Positions 28,800-37,817 of a DNA stretch of 64,000 bases are shown here, piece by piece. The notes below the pieces were generated by a model, which ran no database searches, was not told the origin of the DNA, and was given only the letters and a program-made list of their open reading frames with translations. The position numbers and the translations under genes are program-made. Source of the DNA: an uncultured Acidimicrobiales bacterium (GTDB lineage Bacteria > Actinomycetota > Acidimicrobiia > Acidimicrobiales > Iamiaceae); the NCBI GenBank assembly GCA_963800235.1, contig CAWDAD010000003.1, forward strand, positions 776,299 to 840,298. The letters are read 5' to 3'. Numbering within the stretch: the stretch's first letter is position 1; each line of letters starts with the position of its first letter.

Positions 28800-28802
28800 C
28801 GC

Positions 28803-29549
28803 CGACCGCCACCCGGTCCGCCAGTCGTCGTGGTCCAAAGCCGAAGACCTCGTCCGGCGGATCACCTCGACGCAGCGCAGGCTGCTGGTCGTCGACCTCG
28901 ACGTGGAGCACGTGGTGCGATGGCAGGCCAAGCTCCTCGACGAGCTGGCGCCCAAGACCGTCTCCCACCATCGCCAGACGCTGGCCCAGATCATCGACCA
29001 GGCCATCGGACTCGGCCTCGTCGCCGGAAACCCCGTCCGGCGGGTCAAGCCACCCAGGGTCCCGGCGACAAGTTGCGCCGCCGTGGCGCTGCTGTTCTTG
29101 CAGGGTGGGCGGAGCAGTGAGGCGCGATGGGTGCGCACCTCCTCGCACCGACCGCCGTCGAGCTGCTGCGGCGCCGACGTGTCACCCAAGCGCAGGACCG
29201 ACTCGTTGCCGCGCCGGGATGGGAGCGCCACGACTACGACGGCCTCGAGGTCAACCTCCTCTTCACGACCCTGACCGGTGCTGCCGCGCTTCGTCAGGCG
29301 GTGACCAAGACGCTTCGGACGGCGGCGGAGAAGGCGGGCATCGATACCGCCCACCTCGGTACGCACACCGGTCGCCGATCGGTGGTGACCGCGCTGTACG
29401 CAGAGGCTGGCGAGTCGATCGAGGAGATCGCCCGCTCTGTGGGCCATGCCTCCTCATCCACCACCGAGGGTCATGTCCGCAGCCTCGGGCAGCGGCCGAC
29501 AGCCTTTGCCAAGCGGGCTGCCCAGGTGCTCGACCCCTGGGGCTCGTGA
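28803..29549 (+). pseudogene. Tyrosine-type site-specific integrase, N-terminally truncated and frameshifted
   Basis: Core-binding region in frame 1 (LVVDLDVEHVVRWQAKLLDELAPKTVSHHRQTLAQIIDQAIGLGLVAGNPVRRVKPP). Catalytic domain in a different frame as ORF 29127..29549 (HLGTHTGRRSVVTALY...SVGHASSSTTEGHV). The arm-binding N-terminus is missing. Confidence 0.7.
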
Positions 29550-29713
29550 GGCCGAATGACCCTCAGGGTTCCCAACCCGGTCGGGACGCTGCCGGTGCGT
29601 TGCCCGCAGCCGAAGCTGACGACCTCGACCTCTGCGGCCGGCGCTTCCGGACGGCGCCCGCAAGCGGCCACCCGCGACACGGACGCGGTCCACTGGTCCG
29701 GCTGTACCCAGAT

Positions 29714-30250
29714 ATGGTTACGGGCGTGAACGGCCCTCGTCTGCTGCGAGATGTGCGACAGCGCTCTGGCATGAGCGTGCGGTCACTGGCGAGGGTCGCT
29801 GGTGTGTCGCCTGCGACCGTCGACCGGATCGAACATGGCCGGGTCGCTCCGACGGCAACCCTCGAGCGGATCCTTGCGAGCATCGGCTACGTCCTCGAGC
29901 TCCGAGCTGTTCCCAAGCGAGTGGTTCCGATGACGCGAGAGGACAGGCGCAGCCTGGCGTACCACCGGCTCATCGCCGTGAAGCTGCTCGAAGACCCTGT
30001 GGCCGTGATCGCCAAAGGGCGGGTGAACCTGGCCCGCATGCGCAGCGCCGACGAGGCCGGCCGTTCAGCCCGCTACCTCGATGCGTGGGATCGACTGCTC
30101 GGCGCCGACGAACACGAGCTGGTCGGCGTGCTGATCGATCCCTCAGAGCGCGCCCGTGACCTTCGGCAGACGAGTCCGTTCGCCGGCGTGATGACGCCGG
30201 CCGAGCGCTCACGCGCCTACCCGACGAGCGGAGCGACGCATGCGCCGTGA
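29714..30250 (+). CDS. XRE-family HTH protein, candidate antitoxin / AbiEi-like partner
   Basis: 178 aa. MSVRSLARVAGVSPATVDRIEHGRVAPTATLERIL is a classic XRE HTH, followed by a roughly 110-aa C-terminal domain. Its TGA (30248-30250) overlaps the next ORF's ATG (30240) by 11 nt. Confidence 0.65.
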   Translation: MVTGVNGPRLLRDVRQRSGMSVRSLARVAGVSPATVDRIEHGRVAPTATLERILASIGYVLELRAVPKRVVPMTREDRRSLAYHRLIAVKLLEDPVAVIAKGRVNLARMRSADEAGRSARYLDAWDRLLGADEHELVGVLIDPSERARDLRQTSPFAGVMTPAERSRAYPTSGATHAP

Positions 30251-30790
30251 CCAACTCGAGCACGCGATCCGAGCTGCCACCGACATCCTCCACGAGGAGT
30301 CGGTCACCATCATCGGGAGCCAGTCCGTGCTGGGCAGCGTCGACGATGACCCGTTGCCGCCAGAGGTCATGTGGTCGATGGAGATCGATGTGCTCCCGAT
30401 CGACGACCCAGCGGAGACGAAGGCCGACGCCGTCGATGGTGCCATCGGCGAGGGCTCCATGTTCCACGAGGCCCATGGCTCCTACGTCCAGGGTGCCGGG
30501 CAACGGACAGCCACCTTGCCGCACGGTTGGCGGGATCGACTGACCTCGGTGTCGAACGTGAACACCGCAGGTCGAACCGCCCTCTGCCTCGATCGTCATG
30601 ACCTGTGCGTGGCGAAGCTGGTCGCCGGCCGAGAGAAGGACCACGAGTTCTGCGCAGCGCTCATCGTCGGCGACATCGTGGACACACGCGTCATCGCCGA
30701 ACGCCTCGCATCGACCGACGGTCGCGGTCGACGATCGATCCAGGATCAGCGCATGGCTACGTCGGTTCGCGGATTGAGTCCCCCCGTGAC
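30240..30790 (+). CDS. Nucleotidyltransferase-fold protein (MNT / DUF6036 / AbiEii-like), candidate toxin; 3' end undefined
   Basis: N-terminal about 180 aa of ORF 30240..31964. hG[GS] motif in VTIIGSQSVLGS and acidic pair in MEIDVLPIDD, typical of minimal nucleotidyltransferases. The ORF has no stop before it runs antisense through the flotillin gene, so the C-terminus is probably degraded. The end coordinate is arbitrary. Confidence 0.4.
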
Positions 30791-30914
30791 GACGACGTCA
30801 GGCAACCAGGCCGGCGACGTGCTCCTCGACCGCCGCAGCCGGCACCCGTCGGCTGCTCCCGATCTTGACCGACGGCACTTGCCCCGCACCAAGGTCTTCG
30901 AACTGCTCCGCTCC

Positions 30915-30938
30915 GGTTGCAATCCCACCTCGTCCGCC
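30915..30938. repeat. Degenerate direct repeat of the tRNA-Ser 3' end (candidate attR)
   Basis: ggttgcaatcccacctcgtccgcc against tRNA ggttcgaatcccacctcctccgc. Confidence 0.5.
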
Positions 30939-30965
30939 AGTGGGAGATGGCGCCGCGGTCGAGGG

Positions 30966-33035
30966 CTAGCGACCGTCGCCAGCAGCCGGTTCATCGGCGG
31001 TCGCGCCGCCACCGGCCGAGCCGTCGCCAGCGCCCGGGCCGTCGCCGCCGGTCGCCCCCGCGTCGCCGTCGTCGTCGGACCCCTTGATGTCGAGGTCGTC
31101 GAGGGGAGCGGCGTCAGAGCCGCTGCCGTTCGACAGGTTGCGCATGAGCAGGGCGCCGAGGCCGCCGAGGACCCCGCCGCTCTCGCTGCCGACCTGGATG
31201 TCGGGGACGATCTTGACGTGGCCGCTGCCGACCTCGCGCAGCGCGGCCACCAGGGCCGTCTGCTCGGAGCCGATGGCCCGGCGCTGGGCGGCGAAGCCCT
31301 TGGCCCGGGCCAGGCCGAGCGCCTGCTCGGCCGCGGCGTTGGCGTCGCCGAGCGCCCGGGTGCGGGTGGCGTCGGCGGCACCGACCACGGTGATCACCGA
31401 CGACTCGCCCTCGGCCCGGGCCCGCGCCGCCGAGGCCCGGGACTTCTCGATGTCGATGGACACGTTGGCCTGGGCCAGCTCGCTCTGCATGTCGGCGACG
31501 CCGCGCTGCTGCTCGAGGCTGACGCGGGCCTCCTGGGCCTCGCGCTGCTGGGCGAAGGTCGCCCGCTCCTGGGCGGCGATCTCCCGGCTGGTCAGGACCT
31601 CGACCAGGTCGGCGGGGAACACCACGTCCTGGATGTAGACGCCGCGGGTCTCGACCTCGTACCGCGACAGGTACTGCTGGATGTAGCCCTCGGCGGCGTG
31701 CTGCACCTCGTCGCGCTTCTCGATGAACTCGGTGGCGCCGAGGGTCTGCAGCTTGTTGCGGAAGTAGTTGCCGACCGCCGACTGCAGCACCTCGTTGACC
31801 AGGTTCTGCATGGTGCCGACCATCGAGATCACCTTGGGCGCCCGGGTGTCGGGTACGTGGATCTGCACCTGCAGGTCGATGCTGAAGTTGAACGCCTCCT
31901 TGCTCTTGGCCTCGATCGGGGCGAGGTGCTCGTCGAGGCTGTGGGCGTCGCTGGTGGCGTGTGACCAGTTGAGGGTCAGGATCGAGGTCGGGACGATCTC
32001 GGCCTCGTAGATGCGGGGGTTCAGCGTGTACTTGCCGGTGCGCAGCGGCTCGGACCAGATGCCCTGGTGGCCCGGCTTCACGATCGAGCCGAACTTGAAC
32101 TCCTCGCCCGAGGTGTCCTCGGTGGGCAGGCCGACGTAGCTCTTGATCACCGCGACCTCGCCCTGGCGCACCACGAGCATCTCCCGCAGCTCGACGTTCA
32201 CCAGGAACGGGTTCAGCAGGTACGAGCCGTAGAGCAGGGGGTCGTGCTGCAGGCCGATGCAGCCGCCGGCCTCCAGGAACGCCTGGTAGTCCTGGTAGTT
32301 GTCGTGCAGGCCGTTCTTGGCCCGCAGCACGGCCTGGATGATCTGGACCGGCGATCCGGTGCCTGCCTCCTCCATCTCGGTGACGTCGCCGAACCCGCCG
32401 ATGCGGCTGGCGATGTCGCCCGACGGTGGACCCTCGAGCGTGGTGACCACGCCGACCACGTCGCGCTCGCCCTGGGGCGTGATGTGGGTGACCCGAAGGG
32501 CATCGGACTCGACCGCGCCGACCGCCGACAGGGTGGCCTTCGACAGCGCCTGGCCGAAGACCTCGTCGCTCGTGATCACGACGAAGCCGATGGGGTGGAT
32601 CGGGGCGGTGGTCCCCGGCGGCAGCACGGGGCGCTGGACGCCGCGCTGGCCGCCGTCGGCCAGGAAGTGCCGGAGGTCGGCGAAGCTGCCGAACTCCGGC
32701 TTGTAGACCGCTGACTTGGCGCCGGTCGGCAGTGCCTGGCCGACCTGGGCGATGGCCAGGCCGACGTGGTCGGGGGCGACCTGCACCCACGGGTAGCGCT
32801 GGACCTTGAAGAGCGGCCACAGCTTGAACCGCACCCCGGGCATGAGCAGGTCGGCCTGGTAGCCGGCCTCGCCGTGGAGGGCGATGAGCTGGTCGTCGGC
32901 GAGCTTGCGGCCGAACCGCTTGGTGACCAGGCCGACCTCGGAGGCGCCGATGGAGTGGAAGCTGCGGAGGGCGCCGAAGAGGGCGACGACCACGATCACG
33001 AAGATCGCGATCAGGAGCAACACGACGAGCTGCAT
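30966..33035 (-). CDS. Flotillin-like SPFH / band-7 domain protein (YqiK/FloA-like), long
   Basis: 689 aa. N-terminal TM, SPFH domain, extended Ala/Glu/Gln/Arg coiled coil (flotillin repeats), Gly/Asp-rich C-terminal tail. Confidence 0.85.
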   Translation of the reverse strand: MQLVVLLLIAIFVIVVVALFGALRSFHSIGASEVGLVTKRFGRKLADDQLIALHGEAGYQADLLMPGVRFKLWPLFKVQRYPWVQVAPDHVGLAIAQVGQALPTGAKSAVYKPEFGSFADLRHFLADGGQRGVQRPVLPPGTTAPIHPIGFVVITSDEVFGQALSKATLSAVGAVESDALRVTHITPQGERDVVGVVTTLEGPPSGDIASRIGGFGDVTEMEEAGTGSPVQIIQAVLRAKNGLHDNYQDYQAFLEAGGCIGLQHDPLLYGSYLLNPFLVNVELREMLVVRQGEVAVIKSYVGLPTEDTSGEEFKFGSIVKPGHQGIWSEPLRTGKYTLNPRIYEAEIVPTSILTLNWSHATSDAHSLDEHLAPIEAKSKEAFNFSIDLQVQIHVPDTRAPKVISMVGTMQNLVNEVLQSAVGNYFRNKLQTLGATEFIEKRDEVQHAAEGYIQQYLSRYEVETRGVYIQDVVFPADLVEVLTSREIAAQERATFAQQREAQEARVSLEQQRGVADMQSELAQANVSIDIEKSRASAARARAEGESSVITVVGAADATRTRALGDANAAAEQALGLARAKGFAAQRRAIGSEQTALVAALREVGSGHVKIVPDIQVGSESGGVLGGLGALLMRNLSNGSGSDAAPLDDLDIKGSDDDGDAGATGGDGPGAGDGSAGGGATADEPAAGDGR

Positions 33036-33107
33036 GGTGGTTCCGCCTCGCTGGTGGAGGCCGCGGACTGCGGCCCACGTCGAGCGTATCCAGCCCGGAT
33101 CGCCGTG

Positions 33108-33962
33108 CTACGGGGCGAACACGTCCTCGTCGCCGATCACCGCGAACCCGAGGTGCAGGGGACCCCGACGCAGCTCGCCGCCCTGCTCGACGTCGAACCG
33201 GCCACCCGGGTAGAGCACCGGCTCGAGCCGGTCGCCGGCGTCGGCCGTGGCGGAGCCGATGCGCACCCGGGCGTGGTCGTCGAGCCGGTCTCGCGCCCAC
33301 GCCGAGCGGTCGTACTCGGGGGTCACGAACAGGCTGCGGCCCGGGTCGAAGACGTCCTCGATGACGTGGAGGAGACCCGCTGTGGCGGCCCCCTCGGCGG
33401 ACGGCCCGTCGTCGGACCGACCGCCGGCGGCCGTCCCGCCCACCGGCCCGGCCACCCGGACGACCAGCCGCCGGGCGCAGACGGTGGAGGTGCGGCCCCG
33501 GCGGACGGCGGCGCGGACGTCCTCGGGCAGGAACAGGCCGAGGGTCAGCTCGGCGCGGGGCGGGAGGGCGGTGAGGTCGAGCCGACGCTCCTCCCGGCTG
33601 GCCACCACGTAGGCGTGGTCGGCCGCCGTCCTCCGCAGGTGGTCGAGCCCGGCCTGCCGCTCGGCCTCGAGGTGGGACCGGATCTCCTCGTCGCCGAAGG
33701 CCCGCGCCAGGACCGCCCACTGCTCCTCGGGCGCCAGCCGGGCGAAGACCCCACGGATCAGCCGGTCCCGCTCGGCGCTCGGCACCGACACGACCGCGCC
33801 GCGCAGCGCCCCCGCCTCGTCCCCGGACCCGCCGGCGGCGGCGTCGACCTGCTGGCGGATCTCCCGGGCCAGCTCGAGGTACGGCCGAGCCGCCTCGAGC
33901 TCGGCCACCTCGCGGGCGTGCTCGACCTCCCGCTCCACCTCGTCCTCACGTCGACGTGCCAC
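33108..33962 (-). CDS. Hypothetical cytoplasmic protein upstream of and co-directional with flotillin; not NfeD-like
   Basis: 284-aa ORF, Arg/Glu/Ala-rich, no TM segments, no recognised motif. Confidence 0.45.
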   Translation of the reverse strand: MARRREDEVEREVEHAREVAELEAARPYLELAREIRQQVDAAAGGSGDEAGALRGAVVSVPSAERDRLIRGVFARLAPEEQWAVLARAFGDEEIRSHLEAERQAGLDHLRRTAADHAYVVASREERRLDLTALPPRAELTLGLFLPEDVRAAVRRGRTSTVCARRLVVRVAGPVGGTAAGGRSDDGPSAEGAATAGLLHVIEDVFDPGRSLFVTPEYDRSAWARDRLDDHARVRIGSATADAGDRLEPVLYPGGRFDVEQGGELRRGPLHLGFAVIGDEDVFAP

Positions 33963-34086
33963 GCGCTCGCCGTCCCTTCGGCCGGTCCCGGCTCGCCACG
34001 GTACGCCCGGCGACCGCCGATCCGGCCGGTTCCCGCGCCCCGATCCGGCCGGTTCGGTGCCACGCGAACCAGGGGGGCGCCGGGGC

Positions 34087-34545
34087 TCACGTCACGATGG
34101 TGAAGGTCTCCTCACCGGTCTTGGCGCCGGTGCTGGCGAAGTGGACCTGGCCTCGGGCCTTCTCGTACTTCCCGGTCCCACCGGTTATCGCCACGTCGAA
34201 GCTGCCCGAGCCGCCCGCCGGTCCGACGCCCTCCAAGGTCAGCTCACCACCCTGGAGCTCCACCCCGATGCTGCACAGCGACGCCTCGGTGGTGATCAAG
34301 GTGCAGTGCACGAAGTCGCCGCCGACCTTCTTGCCGCCGGAGCGGAAGTCGTCGGTGATCACGACGTAGTCGCCGGGTTGCGGGGTCGCCTCCTGCTGAC
34401 CGGACACGGGCACGGCCGTGAACGAGGTCTCCTCGGTCTTGAACGCGAGCTTCGTCGTCGTGACCGACGAGGACGAGCAGCCGGCGACGACCGCTACGGC
34501 GGTCAGGACGGCGAGGAAGCCGCCGATGGGACGAGGAACGGGCAT
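34087..34545 (-). CDS. Putative secreted lipoprotein
   Basis: Signal peptide with lipobox (LTAVAVVAGCSSS) from ATG 34545. Mature part of about 130 aa is beta-rich. The ORF track extends it to 34584. Confidence 0.5.
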   Translation of the reverse strand: MPVPRPIGGFLAVLTAVAVVAGCSSSSVTTTKLAFKTEETSFTAVPVSGQQEATPQPGDYVVITDDFRSGGKKVGGDFVHCTLITTEASLCSIGVELQGGELTLEGVGPAGGSGSFDVAITGGTGKYEKARGQVHFASTGAKTGEETFTIVT

Positions 34546-34650
34546 GGGTGCCTCCTTCGGGTGCGGAAGGCGGAACCCGACCACCGGCCCGCCGAACTTC
34601 CGTACGAGTCGGCCCCGCCGGACCGTTCCTGAGGATCACGCCTGCGTAGG

Positions 34651-35589
34651 GTGCCGGAGGTGGTCGAGGTTCCGAGGATCCGGGCCGGCGCCGGGGGTGA
34701 CGACGCCGATCGCACCGCCGCCGGCGAGACGGCCGAGGCGGTCACCGAGCACGGCTGCGCCATCGTCGAGGGCGTGCTCGACCGCGGCCGGCGGGACGAG
34801 CTGGGCGCGGCGGTGGCCGCCATCGAGGCCGGGCACCCGCTCGGCCGCAACGTGTTCGAGGGCGAGCGGTCGCACCGCCTCTACAGCCTGATCGCCCGGG
34901 GCGCGCCGTTCGAGCGGCTGGCCGAGCACCCGGTGGCGGTCGGGGTGCTCGACCGCCTGCTGCACCCGAACTGGCTGCTCTCGAACTGCCAGTCCATCCG
35001 CCTGTACCCGGGCGAGACCCGCCAGCCGTGGCACACCGACGACGTCTTCTACGTGCAGCCCCGGCCCCGCCCCGAGCCGCTCGGCATCTCGACCATCTGG
35101 GCCGTCGACCCCTTCACCGCCGCCAACGGCGCCACCGAGGTGCTGGTGGGAAGCCACCGCTGGGGCGACGAGCACCCCGACGAGCACGCGGCCGCAGGCG
35201 GGGCCGCCCCGGTGGCGGCCGAGATGGATCCCGGTTCGGTGCTCGTGTTCGACGCCGCCCTCTGGCACCGGGGCGGCGCCAACCGCACCGACGGCACCCG
35301 GCTCTGCCTCACCAACCAGTACTGCCAGCCGTGGCTGCGGCCCCAGGAGTCGCAGCTCCTGATCGCCCCGCCCGAGGTGGCGGCGGGCTTCTCGGACCGG
35401 GTCCGGGCCATGGTCGGCTACAGCATCCACCCGCCGTTCATCGGCCAGGTCGAGGGCAAGCACCCGGTGCGGCTGATCGACGAGGAGGGCTACCGGGCCA
35501 ACCGCACCGCGGACTCGGAGCGGGCGACGCGCATCCTGCAGCGGCCCGACGCCGACTCGATCGGCCGGGGCCGCGGGCGGCGGGGGTGA
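34651..35589 (+). CDS. Phytanoyl-CoA dioxygenase (PhyH) family Fe(II)/2-oxoglutarate oxygenase
   Basis: 312 aa. HTDD (HxD) ... late His in a double-stranded beta-helix context. Overall PhyH-like pattern (QPWHTDDVFY...LWHRGGANRTD). Confidence 0.7.
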   Translation: MPEVVEVPRIRAGAGGDDADRTAAGETAEAVTEHGCAIVEGVLDRGRRDELGAAVAAIEAGHPLGRNVFEGERSHRLYSLIARGAPFERLAEHPVAVGVLDRLLHPNWLLSNCQSIRLYPGETRQPWHTDDVFYVQPRPRPEPLGISTIWAVDPFTAANGATEVLVGSHRWGDEHPDEHAAAGGAAPVAAEMDPGSVLVFDAALWHRGGANRTDGTRLCLTNQYCQPWLRPQESQLLIAPPEVAAGFSDRVRAMVGYSIHPPFIGQVEGKHPVRLIDEEGYRANRTADSERATRILQRPDADSIGRGRGRRG

Positions 35590-35602
35590 GCGGCCGACAC
35601 CG

Positions 35603-36055
35603 ATGATCCTGAGCGTGGGCTACGAGGGGCGCGACGTCGACGAGCTGGCCGCCCGGCTGGCGACCGAGGGCGTCACGACGCTCGTCGACGTCCGGCAGCG
35701 GGCCGCCAGCCGGAGGCGGGGCTTCGCCAAGGGCGCGCTGGCCGAGGCGCTCGGGCGGGCGGGCATCGGCTACGTCCACGAGCGGGCCCTCGGCAACCCG
35801 CCGGAGAACCGCGACTCGTTCCGCCGCGGCGACGGCCGGACCGGCCGTGCCCGCATGGAGGAGATCCTGCGCACCGAGCCCGAGGCGGCCGAGGCGCTGG
35901 CCCGTCTGGCCGGGCGCGCCGCCGAGGAGCACGTGGCGGTGCTGTGCGTCGAGCGCGAACCGGCCCGGTGCCACCGCCGGGTGGTCACCGACCGGGTGCA
36001 GGCGCTCGACCCGTCGATCGAGGTGGTCGACCTCGACGCGGCCCCGGCCGGCTGA
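35603..36055 (+). CDS. DUF488 family protein
   Basis: 150 aa. [40 protein letters not shown] matches the DUF488 N-terminal signature. Confidence 0.7.
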   Translation: MILSVGYEGRDVDELAARLATEGVTTLVDVRQRAASRRRGFAKGALAEALGRAGIGYVHERALGNPPENRDSFRRGDGRTGRARMEEILRTEPEAAEALARLAGRAAEEHVAVLCVEREPARCHRRVVTDRVQALDPSIEVVDLDAAPAG

Positions 36056-36225
36056 CCCGGCCGACGACGGCGACCACCGGGCCGCGGGCCGCCCCGGGAC
36101 CGGCCGACCGCCGATCGGGAGATTCCGCGAGGATTCCCGGTCGACCTGTCGATCCGGGCGCCGCTCGGTTGTCTCCTCGGTGACCCGCCCGACCTCCGGG
36201 CGGCGACCACCGACCAGGAGGACCC

Positions 36226-36588
36226 ATGAACTACCTCGTGCTCATCTACCAGGGGACCACCCCCACGCCGCCCTCGCCCGAGTGGGACGCGCTCCCCGAC
36301 GAGCAGAAGCAGCAGGTCTACGCCGGCTACCAGGCCCTCAACCAGAGCCCGGGCGTCACCCCCGGCCAGCAGATGGAAGGACCGGAGACCGCCACCACCG
36401 TCCGGGTCGAGGACGGCCGCACCCTGACCACCGACGGCCCGTTCGTCGAGCTGAAGGAGGCGGTCGGGGGCTACTTCTTCGTGACCGCCGACGACCTCGA
36501 CGCCGCCATCGCGGTGGCCGCCAAGGTGCCGGCGGCGGCGATGGGCGGCGCCGTGGAGATCCGTCCGCTCGTCGAGTGGAACGGCTAG
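36226..36588 (+). CDS. YciI/YCII-related (DGPF) family protein, partner of the downstream ECF sigma factor
   Basis: 120 aa. [10 protein letters not shown]...DGPF...[31 protein letters not shown]. Confidence 0.8.
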   Translation: MNYLVLIYQGTTPTPPSPEWDALPDEQKQQVYAGYQALNQSPGVTPGQQMEGPETATTVRVEDGRTLTTDGPFVELKEAVGGYFFVTADDLDAAIAVAAKVPAAAMGGAVEIRPLVEWNG

Positions 36589-37817
36589 TCGAGGAGACCT
36601 TCCGCGAGCAGTGGGGCCGGGTGCTGGCCTCGCTCATCGGCTTCCTCGGCGACGTCGACCTCGCCGAGGAAGCCGCGCAGGAGGCGTTCGCCATCGCCGC
36701 CGCCCGCTGGCCGGTGGACGGCGCGCCGGACCACCCGGCCGCCTGGCTGATCACCACGGGACGCAACCGGGCGATCAACCACATCCGCCGCCGCCGGACG
36801 CTGGCGGCCAAGGCCCACCTGCTCCGGCCCTCCGCTCCCCCGACCGACGCCGTGGATCCCCTCGACCGATCGTCCTTCCCCGACGAGCGCCTCGAGCTCG
36901 TCTTCACCTGCTGCCACCCCGCCCTCGACGTGGAGGCCCAGGTCGCCCTCACCCTGCGCACCCTCGGCGGCCTGACCACCGCCGAGATCGCCCGGGCCTT
37001 CCTGGTGAAGGACGCGACCATGGCCCAGCGGCTGGTGCGGGCCAAGCGCAAGATCGCCGCCGCCGGCATCCCGTTCCGGGTCCCCGACGACGAGCTGCTG
37101 CCGGAGCGGTTGGCGGCCGTCCTCGCCGTCGTCTACCTGATCTTCAACCAGGGCTACAGCGACCGGGGACCGCTGGCCGCCGAGGCGCTGTGGCTGGGGC
37201 GGGCGCTGACCGAGCTGCTCCCCCGGCAGGCCGAGGTGCACGGCCTGCTGGCCCTGATGCTCCTCCTCGACGCCCGCCGGGGCGCCCGGGCCGTCGACGG
37301 CGAGCTGGTCCTGCTGGCCGACCAGGACCGGGCGCGGTGGGACAGCGCCCAGATCGAGCGGGGACGAGCCGTGCTCGACCGCGCTCTGACCCTCGACGGC
37401 CGCGGCCCGTACGTGATCGAGGCGGCCATCGCCTCGCTCCACGCCGAGCAGCCGTGCGACTGGCCCCAGATCGCCGCCCTGCACGGCGAGCTGGCCCGGG
37501 CGACCGGGTCGCCGGTGGTGGAGCTGAGCCGGGCGGTGGCGGTGGCGGAGGCGGGCGACGCCGCCGCCGGCCTGGCCATCGCCGACGCGGTGGCCCCGGC
37601 GCTCGACGGCTACCACTACCTGCACGCCACCCGGGCCGACCTGCTCGACCGCCTCGAGCGGCCGGGTGAGGCGGCGGCGGCCTACCGGCGGGCCCTCGAC
37701 CTGGTCCACGACGACGCCGAGCGCCGCCTCCTCGAGCGCCGGTTGGCCGGCCTCAGCGGACCGGAGGGACCGGGGGGACCGGCCGGCCTCGCCGGACCCG
37801 ATCAGCCGTCGACGTAG
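36576..37817 (+). CDS. ECF sigma factor with a C-terminal TPR-like extension (ECF42-type)
   Basis: GTG 36576 overlaps the YciI stop. Sigma region 2 ([30 protein letters not shown]), region 4 ([28 protein letters not shown]), then about 230 aa of helical repeats. A YciI gene immediately upstream is the reported hallmark context for the ECF42 group. Confidence 0.75.
   Translation: MERLVEETFREQWGRVLASLIGFLGDVDLAEEAAQEAFAIAAARWPVDGAPDHPAAWLITTGRNRAINHIRRRRTLAAKAHLLRPSAPPTDAVDPLDRSSFPDERLELVFTCCHPALDVEAQVALTLRTLGGLTTAEIARAFLVKDATMAQRLVRAKRKIAAAGIPFRVPDDELLPERLAAVLAVVYLIFNQGYSDRGPLAAEALWLGRALTELLPRQAEVHGLLALMLLLDARRGARAVDGELVLLADQDRARWDSAQIERGRAVLDRALTLDGRGPYVIEAAIASLHAEQPCDWPQIAALHGELARATGSPVVELSRAVAVAEAGDAAAGLAIADAVAPALDGYHYLHATRADLLDRLERPGEAAAAYRRALDLVHDDAERRLLERRLAGLSGPEGPGGPAGLAGPDQPST

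Larger units (their letters stand above)
28776..30938. mobile_element. Decayed integrative element inserted at the 3' end of tRNA-Ser(GGA). It holds an integrase pseudogene and an HTH_XRE/nucleotidyltransferase module, bounded by a degenerate direct repeat of the tRNA 3' end
   Basis: tRNA 3' half GGTTCGAATCCCACCTCCTCCGC recurs as GGTTGCAATCCCACCTCGTCCGCC at 30915-30938, 21/24 identical. A tyrosine recombinase fragment lies immediately after the tRNA. Flotillin operon immediately beyond. Confidence 0.55.

Noticed and set aside
30240-31964. Taking ORF 30240..31964 at face value as a 574-aa protein
   Set aside because: Past about 30790 it is antisense to the flotillin gene and compositionally nonsense. 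Only the N-terminal nucleotidyltransferase-like part is credible.
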